DNA of 64,000 nucleotides from an uncultured Pseudomonadota bacterium (GTDB lineage Bacteria; Vulcanimicrobiota; Vulcanimicrobiia; Eremiobacterales; Eremiobacteraceae): assembly GCA_963736005.1 (NCBI GenBank), contig CAVTNB010000001.1, positions 992,001 through 1,056,000 of the forward strand, written 5' to 3'. The notes beneath the pieces were generated by a model that saw only the letters and a program-made list of their open reading frames with translations, had not been told where the DNA came from and made no database searches. Position numbers and translations under genes: made by a program. Below, piece after piece: positions 48,860 through 58,956 of the stretch (position 1 is its first letter; every line of letters starts with the position of its first letter).

Positions 48860-50006
48860 GCTGCGAGCCGGCGATCTTCTTTCCAATCTCGTTGACTTCG
48901 CTGCTACGCTGCGCAGCGATCTTCACTTTTCTGTAGGCCAGGCGCAAGCGCGCGAGGCGCTGCGGGCAATTGAGATCGTCGGCGTGTCACATCTCGGTCG
49001 GGTGCGCGATGCGATTCGACTCATCTTTTGCGCCAAGCGTTCGGAGAGTGAAGTTTTCGATGAGGCGTTTGACGCATTTTTCTTGCGACCGGAGCATGGA
49101 GTCCGCCAGAAAAAATACTCGCCTCGACATTCGCGGCGCAAAGACGATCGGGCGACTTTCCAGTCGCCCGATACAGAGAATCGAGAAGGCGGGGAGCGAA
49201 AAGACGAACGGCCGATTTCCCAATCGCCTGCGACGCGAGAATGGGAAACATTACTGGCGCGGTATAGTCCGACCGCCGGAGCAACGCTGGCACCCACGGT
49301 GACGGCGACGCACATTCGAGAACTTCTCCCAGCGGCGGATCGATTGGTGGCAGCTGTGCGTCTTGGCAACGTACGTCGTTGGCGGCCTCAAAAGGTTGGG
49401 CCGCGTTTTGACATGCGGCGCACGCTGCGATCGAGTCTCCATACTGGTGGCGACCCCGTGTCGCTTCGGCTGCTTGGTCATCCGCGGCGGAATCCTCGCT
49501 TTATCCTGCTGATTGATGGCAGCCGTTCTATGAACGCTCATGGCGCGCTGATGCTAGAATTTGCTTATGCGCTGTGCCGGCGGTCCCGACGAACCCGCGT
49601 CTTTGTCTTCAGCACGCAATTGCGCGAGGTGACTCGCGAGCTTCGCACCGCCGCTAAGCTCCTTGAGCATCGACTCTCCGACACCGGTGAGTCATGGGGT
49701 GGCGGCACCCGCATTGGTTCCAATCTCGAGCATATTGTTCGTAAGTTCGGAAGTGGACTTGACGACCAGACGGTGGCGATCATCTATAGCGACGGACTTG
49801 ATGTGGGTGACGTGCGGCAGCTCGAGCGTGCCATGCGCGAACTTCAGCGGCGCTGTGCATACGTTGTTTGGGTCAACCCGCTCGCCGGGTCGCCGCAGTA
49901 CCGACCAGAGGCTGTTGGGATGCGAAGGGCGCTTCCATTCGTTGATGCGCTGATTGCTCTCAGAGATGTCGACGGGTTGAAAGAGCTTGCGAGAGTAGTG
50001 GGTTAA
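48825..50006 (+). CDS. coxE: VWA-domain protein CoxE
   Basis: MIDAS DGSRSM, WGGGTRIG, SDGLD, WVNP; overlaps coxD. Start 48819 or 48825. Confidence 0.88.
   Translation: MVLGPSERDAGKLRAGDLLSNLVDFAATLRSDLHFSVGQAQAREALRAIEIVGVSHLGRVRDAIRLIFCAKRSESEVFDEAFDAFFLRPEHGVRQKKYSPRHSRRKDDRATFQSPDTENREGGERKDERPISQSPATREWETLLARYSPTAGATLAPTVTATHIRELLPAADRLVAAVRLGNVRRWRPQKVGPRFDMRRTLRSSLHTGGDPVSLRLLGHPRRNPRFILLIDGSRSMNAHGALMLEFAYALCRRSRRTRVFVFSTQLREVTRELRTAAKLLEHRLSDTGESWGGGTRIGSNLEHIVRKFGSGLDDQTVAIIYSDGLDVGDVRQLERAMRELQRRCAYVVWVNPLAGSPQYRPEAVGMRRALPFVDALIALRDVDGLKELARVVG
49147..49174. repeat. REP type A palindrome embedded in frame in coxE
   Basis: ATCGGGCGAC-tttcca-GTCGCCCGAT-ac. Confidence 0.6.
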
Positions 50007-50356
50007 CGGTCGGGGCGCGCTTGATAACCCTGACCGTAGACATTGCGAATTTCCAGCCCAGCATCATACCGCTTGAGCAGTTTGCGTAAGTGAAACATCT
50101 GCACTTTGAGCAGATTTTGCTCGGTTTGAATCAGCTGGCGGCCGTCGACGTGCATAATGCGGGCGTAAGGCACTGTCTTACAGAAGTCTGCGAGCAGCGC
50201 GGCCAGGAACCGAAAGTGCGTCCGGCTGACGTGCACGTTTCGGCCGGAAACGAAGACTTCGTGCGACTCCGGGTACAGCGTGACGCTGCCTCCCGAAAGG
50301 CACGGGAATTTCGAAGTTGCGGCGTACTCGAGCCAAGTCTCGCTTTTCATCGCCAT
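50003..50356 (-). CDS. Stand-alone OmpR/PhoB-type winged-helix DNA-binding protein
   Basis: ..VSRTHFRFLAAL.., NLLKVQMFHLRKLL, IRNVYGQGY; no receiver domain. Confidence 0.8.
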   Translation of the reverse strand: MAMKSETWLEYAATSKFPCLSGGSVTLYPESHEVFVSGRNVHVSRTHFRFLAALLADFCKTVPYARIMHVDGRQLIQTEQNLLKVQMFHLRKLLKRYDAGLEIRNVYGQGYQARPDR

Positions 50357-50404
50357 TTGGGGATACTAGGGTTCCCTCGGGTTAGTTTCAGCCTGCGATA
50401 TTAG

Positions 50405-50430
50405 GGCGGACCTAAGAGGTCCGCCGCTAC
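50405..50430. repeat. GTAG-type REP palindrome
   Basis: GGCGGACCT-aag-AGGTCCGCC-gctac. Confidence 0.7.
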
Positions 50431-50453
50431 ATTTGCGCCTAAGAGAGGCGGTC

Positions 50454-51719
50454 ATGAAAATCGGTGCTGGTATTGTTTTGGCGGTGTCCGTGGGGACGTT
50501 GCTTTCGGCATGCGGACATCGGGCAGGCGGCCCTCCAGGTGGTGGTTTCGGCGCAATGGGCGGCTTCGCGATGCCGGTTTCAGCCGAACCTGTTAAGTTG
50601 GGCGCCATCGCGACCACGTTCAACGTCACGAGCACGGTAACGCCATTGCAACAAGCGTCGCTCTCTTCTGTCGTTTCTGGCAACGTTCTCTACGTCGCGC
50701 ATCAGATCGGCGAGCCCGTCCACAAAGGCGAACTGTTGGTGAAGATCGACGACAGCACGCTGCGCGCCCAAGCAGCGCAGGCACAGGCACACCTAGCCAA
50801 CCTGCAAGCGACGTATAACGGCGGTACCAAATCGGCGCAAGCGGCGCTCGAATCTGCCAAAGTTGCCTACAACACGGACGAATTGAATTATCAGCGTGAT
50901 GTGTCGCTGTACTCCCAAGGCTTCGTTTCCAAGGCTGATCTGGATGCCGCACGAAGTCAAGCCGCTTCGGCGCAATCCGCGTATCAAGCCGCGCAAGTCG
51001 CAAATCAAAATGCAAGCCTTACCTCTAGCGACAGCGCAGCCTTGGCCGATCTCCGAAACGCCCAGGCAGCGGTGCAACAAATCGACGCGCAGATCGCGCA
51101 GACCAATGTGACCGCACCGTTTGATGGCGTGGTCACCGCGCGCAACGTCGATCCAGGGACCCTTGCGTCGCCGGGCACCGCGCTCGCTCAAGTTTCGCAG
51201 CTGGATCCAGTCTTTGTCGATGCTGGAATTTCCGGCGACGACCTCAAGTACGTCCATGTGGGAACGCCGGTCGACGTGACTGTTGACAGCGTTCCGGGGC
51301 GCGTCTGGCATGCGAGCGTCGCGTATCTCAACTTAGCTGCAGAGCCCGGCACTCTCACCTATCAAACCCGCATCCGGGTGGCCAACCCAGACCTTACGCT
51401 GAGGGGCGGCATGATCGCCACGGTTGCCATCGTGCAATCGCGCAAGAGCAACGTCCTTCTGGCGCCGCGAGCTGCCGTGTATCAGACAGATGCGGGCTAT
51501 GCAATGTTCATTATCCAAAACGGCAAGGCCGCGTCGATTCCTGTTGAGGTTGGTCTTTCGAACGATCAGCAGGCGGAAGTAAGCGGCGCTGGCCTTCGGC
51601 CTGGCGTCATGGCCATTCTCAACCATTCGGTGACGCTGCAGCCCGGGATGCCGGTGCAAGTGCTCCCCGCCGGCGGTCCTCCGCAGGCAAAATCTCCGCA
51701 AACGAAGAGGTCGACGTAA
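50454..51719 (+). CDS. RND efflux periplasmic adaptor (MFP) lipoprotein
   Basis: Lipobox LSAC, GEPVHKGELLVKID, APFDGVV, VEVGLSN. Confidence 0.93.
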   Translation: MKIGAGIVLAVSVGTLLSACGHRAGGPPGGGFGAMGGFAMPVSAEPVKLGAIATTFNVTSTVTPLQQASLSSVVSGNVLYVAHQIGEPVHKGELLVKIDDSTLRAQAAQAQAHLANLQATYNGGTKSAQAALESAKVAYNTDELNYQRDVSLYSQGFVSKADLDAARSQAASAQSAYQAAQVANQNASLTSSDSAALADLRNAQAAVQQIDAQIAQTNVTAPFDGVVTARNVDPGTLASPGTALAQVSQLDPVFVDAGISGDDLKYVHVGTPVDVTVDSVPGRVWHASVAYLNLAAEPGTLTYQTRIRVANPDLTLRGGMIATVAIVQSRKSNVLLAPRAAVYQTDAGYAMFIIQNGKAASIPVEVGLSNDQQAEVSGAGLRPGVMAILNHSVTLQPGMPVQVLPAGGPPQAKSPQTKRST

Positions 51720-51755
51720 CGGACGGTTTTCCGATCGCCCGCTACATGAAGGGTA

Positions 51756-54700
51756 ATGTTTACTAAGTTCTTCATCACGAGACCGATCTTCGCTTCTGTT
51801 TTATCAGCGGTCGTGCTGCTGGCTGGGCTGATATCGCTTCCGACGCTGCCCGTCGCGCACTACCCGAACATCTCACCGCCGCAAGTTTCCGTCAGTGCGG
51901 AGTACATCGGCGCGAACGCCGAAGCGGTCGAAGCTTCTGTCACCAATCCACTGGAACAGGCCATCAACGGCGCCGAGGGATTGCGCTACATCTCGTCGAG
52001 CAGCGGCGACGACGGCTCGAGCAACATCGTCGCGACGTTCAACCTCGGCCGCGACCCAGACCGAGCGCTGTCGGACGTGCAAAACCGCGTCAGTACGGCT
52101 GCGGGCGTCCTCCCAGCGCAGGTGAACCAGACGGGCGTCTCCGTGACAAAAAACTCGAGCACCTTTATCATGGCGCTCGCCTTGACCTCAGACAATCCCA
52201 AGTACGACAGCATCTTTTTGAGCAACTACGCCGACCGGTACATCACCGGAGCGCTCAAGCGCGTCAAAGGCGTTGCCAACGTCATCATCTTCGGCGAACG
52301 CAAATATGCCATGCGCCTATGGCTAGATCCAAACAAGCTGCAAGCGTATGGACTGACTGCCAACGATGTGACGTCAGCCTTGGCCGCGCAGAACGTGCAG
52401 GTGGCTGCCGGCGCGATCGGCCAGCCCCCCGCTCCGCCAGGACAAGCCTACGAGTACAAGGTTCGCGTCGCCGGCCAGCTGACGACGCCAGCCGAGTTTG
52501 CGAACATCATTATCAAGTCCGGCAACGGCTATCTCGTGCGCGTTGGTGATGTGGGTCGCGTCGAACTGGGTGCGGAAAATTACGCTACTGATCTCAACTT
52601 TGATGGCAAGCTGTCTGTCGGTATGGGCGTCCTGCAGCTGCAAGATGCAAACTCGCTGAGTGTCTCCCAAGGCGTGCACCAGGCCATGGACCAGCTCGCC
52701 AAACAGTTCCCGCCGGGCGTTCGATACAAAATAGCCTTCGATTCCACCGTGTTTGTGAACGAATCAATCAACGAAGTTCTCAAAACGCTGATCATCGCGA
52801 TCTCGCTCGTCATTTTGACGATCTTCTTCTTCCTACAAGACTGGCGCACGACGATGATCCCGGCGATTACCATACCGGTATCGCTGCTCGGCACGTTCGC
52901 CTTGCTGAAGGTCTTCGGATTTTCGATCAACACCCTGACCCTTTTTGGGCTTACCCTCGCGACGGCGCTGGTTGTCGACGACGCAATCGTCGTCATCGAA
53001 AACATCGTGCGCTACATTCAGGAACATAAGAAAGATCCAAAGGAGGCGGCGCCGCTGGCGATGCAGGAAATCGCGAGCGCTGTCATTGCGACCTCACTGG
53101 TCCTGCTCGCGGTCTTTATCCCGGTTGCCTTCTTTCCGGGCGAAACGGGCGAGCTGTACAAACAATTTGCGCTGACGATCGCGTCGACAATCTCGATCTC
53201 GGCATTTACGGCGCTCACCCTGGCCCCTGCGCTTGCAGCCATCATGCTCGAGAGCGGTGAGACAAAACATGGTTGGTTCATGCAAAGAGTCGGGGCGTTT
53301 ATCCAACGCATCCGCACCGGTTACGCTCGCCGTCTGCCAGTTATCATGCGACGGCCGGTTCTTGTCCTCGGGGTTTTTGCGGTCTTGCTGTGCCTGACGG
53401 TGGTCATGCTCAAGATCGTTCCAACCGCGTTCGTTCCAGACGAGGATCAAGGTTACTTTATCATCATCGAGCAGGGCCCACCCGGCGTTTCGCTGCAGTA
53501 CACCGACCGCATCATGGCGCGGATGCGCCAAGTGTTGAGCGGTCAACCGGACATTTTGGACACCTTCAGCGTCTCTGGGTTCAGTTTTACCGGCGTGGGG
53601 TCGAACAACGGCATCGCCTTTTGCCTGCTCAAACCTTGGGCCGAGCGCAAGGCGAAGGGTCAGTCTGCGCAGGCGATAGAAAACGCGTTGAACGGACAGT
53701 TCATCGGCATCACCGGAGCTTTAATCTACGCGTTCAACCCACCGGCGTTTACGGTTGGGAACATCAGTGGTTTCGATTTCGAACTCGAAGACAAGACCAA
53801 TCTCGGTTTGCCGGCCATGTCGCAGACATCGCAACTGATCGAATACAAGGCGAACACAAATCCAGTGCTGACGTCAGTCTTCACGACCTTCCGCACGGAC
53901 AGCCCGCAGATTCAACTGAATATTGACCGTAACGCGGTGCTTGCGGCGCACGTCAATCTCAGCGACGTCTTTGATACTTTGCAGACGATGCTTGGTTCGG
54001 ACTACGTTAATAATTTCACCTACCAGAATAATTCCTATAAAGTGTTCGTGCAAGCAGATGCGCCGTTCCGAGCGCACATCGATGATTTACGGTTGATGTA
54101 CGTGCGATCGAGCGACGGCAATCTCGTGCCGCTGACCTCAGTGATGACCGTGCAGCATATCCTCGGACCCCCGGAGATCGATCACTACAACTTGTTCCGT
54201 TCCGTCGAGTTCAGCGGCAATCCCAAACCAGGCTATTCGTCCGGACAGGCCATCACGGCCATGCAGGATGTCGCTAAGGAAGTGCTGCCGCCTGGCATGG
54301 GGTATGAGTGGACGGGCGTTTCCTTGGATCAGATCGAGGCGGGCAGCGTGACGCTCTTGATCTTTGGCCTCGCGGTCGTGTTCGTGTTCTTAGTGCTGGC
54401 GGCGCAGTACGAGAGCTTGGTCGATCCGCTCATCATCATCATGGCGGTGCCACTTGCAATCTTGGGCGCGCTCACCGCGGTGTGGCTGCGGCATATGGAA
54501 AACGACATCTTCACGCAAATTGGACTCGTGATGCTTGTCGGCTTGGCGAGCAAGAATGCCATCTTGATCGTTCAGTTTGGTAATTTACTGCGCAAACAAG
54601 GCGTGCCGGTGGCGGAAGCGGCCGTGCTGGCGGCGCGCACCAGGCTGCGCCCGATTCTCATGACGTCGTTTGCCTTTATCTTCGGCATCATGCCGCTCGT

Positions 54701-54896
54701 GTTCGCGACAGGGGCGGGTGCCGCAGGCCGGCGCTCGATTGGCACGGCAGTGGTTGGAGGTATGCTCCTTTCGACGCTGCTTAACTTGTTCCTCATTCCG
54801 CTACTTTACGCACTCATCGCGGGAGCTGAAGAACGCTGGCGCGAGCGCCGCTCTAAGCAAACCGCCAGCGCGCAGCACGAAGCCGCTTCTCGCTAG
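51756..54896 (+). CDS. RND efflux permease (HAE1/AcrB-like)
   Basis: FITRPIFA, LVVDDAIVVIEN, GLASKNAILIV, RLRPILMTS. Confidence 0.96.
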   Translation: MFTKFFITRPIFASVLSAVVLLAGLISLPTLPVAHYPNISPPQVSVSAEYIGANAEAVEASVTNPLEQAINGAEGLRYISSSSGDDGSSNIVATFNLGRDPDRALSDVQNRVSTAAGVLPAQVNQTGVSVTKNSSTFIMALALTSDNPKYDSIFLSNYADRYITGALKRVKGVANVIIFGERKYAMRLWLDPNKLQAYGLTANDVTSALAAQNVQVAAGAIGQPPAPPGQAYEYKVRVAGQLTTPAEFANIIIKSGNGYLVRVGDVGRVELGAENYATDLNFDGKLSVGMGVLQLQDANSLSVSQGVHQAMDQLAKQFPPGVRYKIAFDSTVFVNESINEVLKTLIIAISLVILTIFFFLQDWRTTMIPAITIPVSLLGTFALLKVFGFSINTLTLFGLTLATALVVDDAIVVIENIVRYIQEHKKDPKEAAPLAMQEIASAVIATSLVLLAVFIPVAFFPGETGELYKQFALTIASTISISAFTALTLAPALAAIMLESGETKHGWFMQRVGAFIQRIRTGYARRLPVIMRRPVLVLGVFAVLLCLTVVMLKIVPTAFVPDEDQGYFIIIEQGPPGVSLQYTDRIMARMRQVLSGQPDILDTFSVSGFSFTGVGSNNGIAFCLLKPWAERKAKGQSAQAIENALNGQFIGITGALIYAFNPPAFTVGNISGFDFELEDKTNLGLPAMSQTSQLIEYKANTNPVLTSVFTTFRTDSPQIQLNIDRNAVLAAHVNLSDVFDTLQTMLGSDYVNNFTYQNNSYKVFVQADAPFRAHIDDLRLMYVRSSDGNLVPLTSVMTVQHILGPPEIDHYNLFRSVEFSGNPKPGYSSGQAITAMQDVAKEVLPPGMGYEWTGVSLDQIEAGSVTLLIFGLAVVFVFLVLAAQYESLVDPLIIIMAVPLAILGALTAVWLRHMENDIFTQIGLVMLVGLASKNAILIVQFGNLLRKQGVPVAEAAVLAARTRLRPILMTSFAFIFGIMPLVFATGAGAAGRRSIGTAVVGGMLLSTLLNLFLIPLLYALIAGAEERWRERRSKQTASAQHEAASR

Positions 54897-55216
54897 AACA
54901 CGCGCTCGCCCGGCGCCACTTCGCGTTCGACGCTGAGCAACACGACGTTGCCGTCGACGTCCTTGACGCCCATAACCAGTACTTCGGATGGGAAGCCGGC
55001 GATGGTGCGCGTTCCCAGGTTGACAGCGCAGACGACAAGTCTGCCGATGAGATCGGCGGGCGAGTAGAGCGCGGTCAGTTGGCCGCTTGAAGTCCTCGTG
55101 CCAAGCGATCCAAAATCAATCCACATTTTGAAGGCGGACTTGCGCGCGGCTTCATTCAGTTCAGCGCGCGTGATTTTTCCCACCCGCAGGTCAACCGATT
55201 CAAAAGCATGCATCAT
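54893..55216 (-). CDS. csaA: tRNA-binding/chaperone CsaA-family protein
   Basis: DLRVGKI, IDFG..G.RTSSGQLT..Y, VN...IAGF.SEVL. Confidence 0.88.
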   Translation of the reverse strand: MMHAFESVDLRVGKITRAELNEAARKSAFKMWIDFGSLGTRTSSGQLTALYSPADLIGRLVVCAVNLGTRTIAGFPSEVLVMGVKDVDGNVVLLSVEREVAPGERVF

Positions 55217-55265
55217 AGCGGTGCGCGTTCACCGCTAGGGTGGGTAGGTCCTTAAGAGGACCATC

Positions 55266-55291
55266 GGGGCGATTTTCCAATCGCCCCCTAC
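55266..55291. repeat. REP type B, identical to 16654-16679
   Basis: GGGGCGATTTTCCAATCGCCCCCTAC, preceded by GGTCCT-taag-AGGACC (55247-55262). Confidence 0.85.
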
Positions 55292-55306
55292 AGAGGGGCC
55301 ACGAAA

Positions 55307-55726
55307 ATGAGTCCGCAGACCGCGCTGGAACTAGCACAAGTCGTTTTGGCCGCGCACATTGTTGCAGCAGCTTTCATTGTCTTCGGAATTATCGCGATCC
55401 CGATCGGCGCGCGCCTCGGGTGGTCTTTTGTGTACGTCCTCTGGTGGCGGCTCCTGCACGTTGCGGCAATGGGGATCGTTGCCATCCAAAAGCTTCTTGG
55501 CAACTCGTGCTTTCTCTCGGTTTGGGAATTTCGTCTGGTCGACATCGCGAGTCGGGTGCCGCATGCGACGCCAGCGTTCCAGTCCCTTGGAGAGCACGTG
55601 CTCTACTGGAACCTACCGCTGTGGTTCTTTGCTTGGCTGTACGCCGCGCTTTTCGTCTTTGTGATCTTCCTGTGGTTTCGCGTGCCGCCGCGGCGGAGTG
55701 GGATGGCAACGCGTACGCGGGAGTAA
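55307..55726 (+). CDS. DUF2784-family membrane protein
   Basis: LA..V...H, R.LH, C.L..WE..L, LYW..P.W.F...Y. Confidence 0.8.
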   Translation: MSPQTALELAQVVLAAHIVAAAFIVFGIIAIPIGARLGWSFVYVLWWRLLHVAAMGIVAIQKLLGNSCFLSVWEFRLVDIASRVPHATPAFQSLGEHVLYWNLPLWFFAWLYAALFVFVIFLWFRVPPRRSGMATRTRE

Positions 55727-55743
55727 AATTCGCGCGACTGCAG

Positions 55744-58700
55744 TTACTTGAGGCGGGCGTATTCGGGTTCTTCCAGTCGCGACGGCAGGGGCGGCGGCGG
55801 GAGCGGAGTCTCGTCCTTCTCGCTCACAAATCGCTCTGGCGCGAGGCGCATGTAGACGACAGGCACGAGCACGAGGGTGAGCAAAAGCGAGCTGCTTAGG
55901 CCGCCAATGACCACGATCCCCAAGGCTTGCCGCACTTGGGACCCGTTGACCAGCCCGAGGGCGAGCGGCGTCATGCCGGCGATCATAGCACACGTCGTCA
56001 TCAGAATTGGGCGAAACCGAATGCGCGCGCTCTGGCGGATGGCGTCGAGCTTGGCATTACCGCGCGCACGCAGCGTATTCGCATAATCGACGAGCAGAAT
56101 ACCGTTCTTCGAGACAAGCCCAATGAGCATGATCACGCCGATGAGTGAAAATAAGTTCAAAGTCTGACGAGTGACCGCGAGGAAGGTGAACGCGCCCACC
56201 GACGCCATCGGCACCGAGAACATAATGATGAACGGCGTGAGGTAGCCATTGTACAGCGCTACCATGAGCAGGTACACCATGATCATCGAAAGGACCAGCG
56301 CCGCACCCATGCCGGTCATAAGATCCTGCAGGTTGCGCTGGTTCCCATTCGGATTGGCGTGCACGTCAACCCAGACAGGCAACTTTGCTGCTCGCAAGTT
56401 CTTCATAAAGGCATTCTGCACGATCGAGAGTGGGGCTCCGGGCGCGGTGTTGGCCGTCACGTGAATGACGGTTTGCCGATTGACCCGCGTGAGAATCGGT
56501 GGCGCGGGCGCGTATTGCAGCGTTGCAATCTGCCCAACGGCAACGGTAGATCCATTGTTCGCGCGCACCTGCACGTTACGAATCTCATCCAGGCTTGTCT
56601 GCGCCGACAACGGAAAGATTACATAGACATCCTTGAGACCGTTAACGGCCTCAAATTGGGTGGCCACCACGCCACCCATCGCTGCTCGAATGGCCGTTGA
56701 GGCTGCTCCAATGCTTACGTCGAGCGCCTGGGCGGTCTGGCGGTTGAACTCAACGTCAACTTGAGGCGCGAGGTTGAGCGCAGAGCTCGTGACGTTGGTT
56801 GTGCCTTTCGTATCCCTGAGAATCTGAGCCACCTGCTGCGCGTATTGCGTGGGGTCGCCATGCAAACTCGTGACGATGTAGTCGATGGGCTGGGCGTTTC
56901 CGCCACCCGTGCTCGTGGCCGGGATGACGCTGACGTCGGCTCCCTGGGCAAGCGGACGCAGGGTGTTCTTGAGATATCCTACCCAGTAATCCGTCGAGTG
57001 CTTGCGGTCATCTTTAAGCCAGAGATGAATCTGCCCGACGTTCCCCTCGGTCAGGCCTCCCCCAAAGGGAGATGAATATGCGCCTGCGAGCGCAACATCC
57101 GCGTTAAGGTCGGGTAGCTTGATGACGACCGCTTCAACGCGGCGCACTGCTGCATCTACCTTCTTGAGGGGCGTCCCAGTTGGATAGGTAATCTGAACGA
57201 AGATTTCGCCGCGATCGACGGTCGGAATAAACGTAAAACCGATGGCTCCCAGCGGCAGCAAAGTAAGCGAGAGCAGGAACGAGCCGCCAGCTATGGCAGC
57301 GACGAGTAAGGGCCTTTTCAGGGCACTGGGCAGCAACCGGTCCGCATACCACGCGCGTAGGCGTTCGAATGCCTTCTCGAACGCGTTGATGGGGCTCCAA
57401 GGCTTCCACTTGCTCTTGAGTGACCAGCGCCCCGCAAGCGTTGGCGTCACGGTGAACGACGTCCATAGCGAGGTGAGTGTGGCTACCACGACCACAACAC
57501 CAAATTCGCTCATGAACCTGCCAACCACGCCTGGCAAAAACGCCAGCGGCAGAAACACCACGACATCGACCAGCGTAATGACGATGGCCGCAAAGCCGAT
57601 TTCCGAGCGGCCCGTGATCGCGGCGGAGAGCGGCGGCTCGCCTTCTTTATGATGCCGTTCGATGTTCTCGAGGACAACAATGGAGTCGTCCACCAAAATC
57701 CCAACCACCAGGGTCATCGCGAGCAGTGACACCGTGTCGATGGTAAAGTTCGCCAACTTCATGACCACGAGCGTGATGAGCAATGAGAACGGTATGGCGA
57801 TGAGGACCACAAGCGAGCTTCGCCACGAACCGAGAAAAAACAGCATCACGATTGCGGTGAGAGCGATGCCTTCTTCTAGCGTGCGCATGACGCCGTCGAT
57901 TTGTTGTCTTGTGAACCGGGCCTGGACGTTGACTACGGAAAAAGTTATGCCGGGAAATTGCTGTTGGAGGCGAGGCAGCGCCTGGAGAACATTATCGGAG
58001 GTGGAGACTTCGTTCGCTTCGGTTGTTTTTTGAACGCTGATGCTCAGGCGCGGCACGCCACCTTGATAGGCAAAGGTACGCCGGGGTTCGTACCCGTCGA
58101 CCACCGTCGCGACGTCGCCGACGCGAGGAATGTTCGACGCGCTGCTCCACGAATTCAGTGGACCGGCAGGTTGGCTCGATGGCTCAAACGACTGCGGGGC
58201 GCCTGCGCCGCTCACCAACAGTGGCAGGTTGGCGACGTTTTGCGCCGATTGCACGTCCCCGCGAATATCGACAAGCGTCTCGCGGTTCGGCTGATAGACA
58301 ATGCCGCCGGGTAATCGCATGTTGTTGGATGCAATCGAATTGACGACGTCGTTAACGGTAAAGCCGCCGCCTTGTAGTTGGACTGGGTCAACCGTTACCT
58401 CAAGCGAAGGCGTCACCGTGCCACCAACGTCGACGAACCCGACACCATCCACTTGCTCGAGCGCGGGGACGACTTGATTCGTGACAATGTCCGACAGCCC
58501 GGCGAGGGAGTAGGCCTGCGACGAAGCCGCAAGCTGAACAACGGTGGATTGCCCTGGATCCCGCGTTGATATCTCCGGAGCGCGCAGGTCCGTCGGCAGC
58601 TGGGAGGACGCCGCTTGTACCCGGTGTTGAACTTCCACTAGCGCATCGGTCGGGTTCGCACTGAGATTGAAGACTGCAGAGATGGTCGCTCGACCCTGCA

Positions 58701-58953
58701 GGACGGTTGAATTGAGCACGTTGAGATCCGGAGCGCCTGCGATCTGATCTTCGATCGGCCGGACGATGTTGTCGCGCATTTCGGTAGGCGATGCGCCCGT
58801 GTAGTTGACTTGGACCGTGATGGTTGGCAAGTCGATATTTGGAAATTGCTGTTGGGTGAGGTTGCGATACGCGATGGCTCCGACGACCAACACAAAAGCA
58901 ATCATCACGAAGACGAGTGCCGGCCGGTGAACGAAAGTTCTCGTTAGCCACAT
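55744..58953 (-). CDS. RND efflux permease (AcrB/AcrD/AcrF family)
   Basis: GILVDDSIVVLENI, GLVSKNGILLVD, RFRPILMTT. Confidence 0.96.
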   Translation of the reverse strand: MWLTRTFVHRPALVFVMIAFVLVVGAIAYRNLTQQQFPNIDLPTITVQVNYTGASPTEMRDNIVRPIEDQIAGAPDLNVLNSTVLQGRATISAVFNLSANPTDALVEVQHRVQAASSQLPTDLRAPEISTRDPGQSTVVQLAASSQAYSLAGLSDIVTNQVVPALEQVDGVGFVDVGGTVTPSLEVTVDPVQLQGGGFTVNDVVNSIASNNMRLPGGIVYQPNRETLVDIRGDVQSAQNVANLPLLVSGAGAPQSFEPSSQPAGPLNSWSSASNIPRVGDVATVVDGYEPRRTFAYQGGVPRLSISVQKTTEANEVSTSDNVLQALPRLQQQFPGITFSVVNVQARFTRQQIDGVMRTLEEGIALTAIVMLFFLGSWRSSLVVLIAIPFSLLITLVVMKLANFTIDTVSLLAMTLVVGILVDDSIVVLENIERHHKEGEPPLSAAITGRSEIGFAAIVITLVDVVVFLPLAFLPGVVGRFMSEFGVVVVVATLTSLWTSFTVTPTLAGRWSLKSKWKPWSPINAFEKAFERLRAWYADRLLPSALKRPLLVAAIAGGSFLLSLTLLPLGAIGFTFIPTVDRGEIFVQITYPTGTPLKKVDAAVRRVEAVVIKLPDLNADVALAGAYSSPFGGGLTEGNVGQIHLWLKDDRKHSTDYWVGYLKNTLRPLAQGADVSVIPATSTGGGNAQPIDYIVTSLHGDPTQYAQQVAQILRDTKGTTNVTSSALNLAPQVDVEFNRQTAQALDVSIGAASTAIRAAMGGVVATQFEAVNGLKDVYVIFPLSAQTSLDEIRNVQVRANNGSTVAVGQIATLQYAPAPPILTRVNRQTVIHVTANTAPGAPLSIVQNAFMKNLRAAKLPVWVDVHANPNGNQRNLQDLMTGMGAALVLSMIMVYLLMVALYNGYLTPFIIMFSVPMASVGAFTFLAVTRQTLNLFSLIGVIMLIGLVSKNGILLVDYANTLRARGNAKLDAIRQSARIRFRPILMTTCAMIAGMTPLALGLVNGSQVRQALGIVVIGGLSSSLLLTLVLVPVVYMRLAPERFVSEKDETPLPPPPLPSRLEEPEYARLK

Positions 58954-58956
58954 GGT

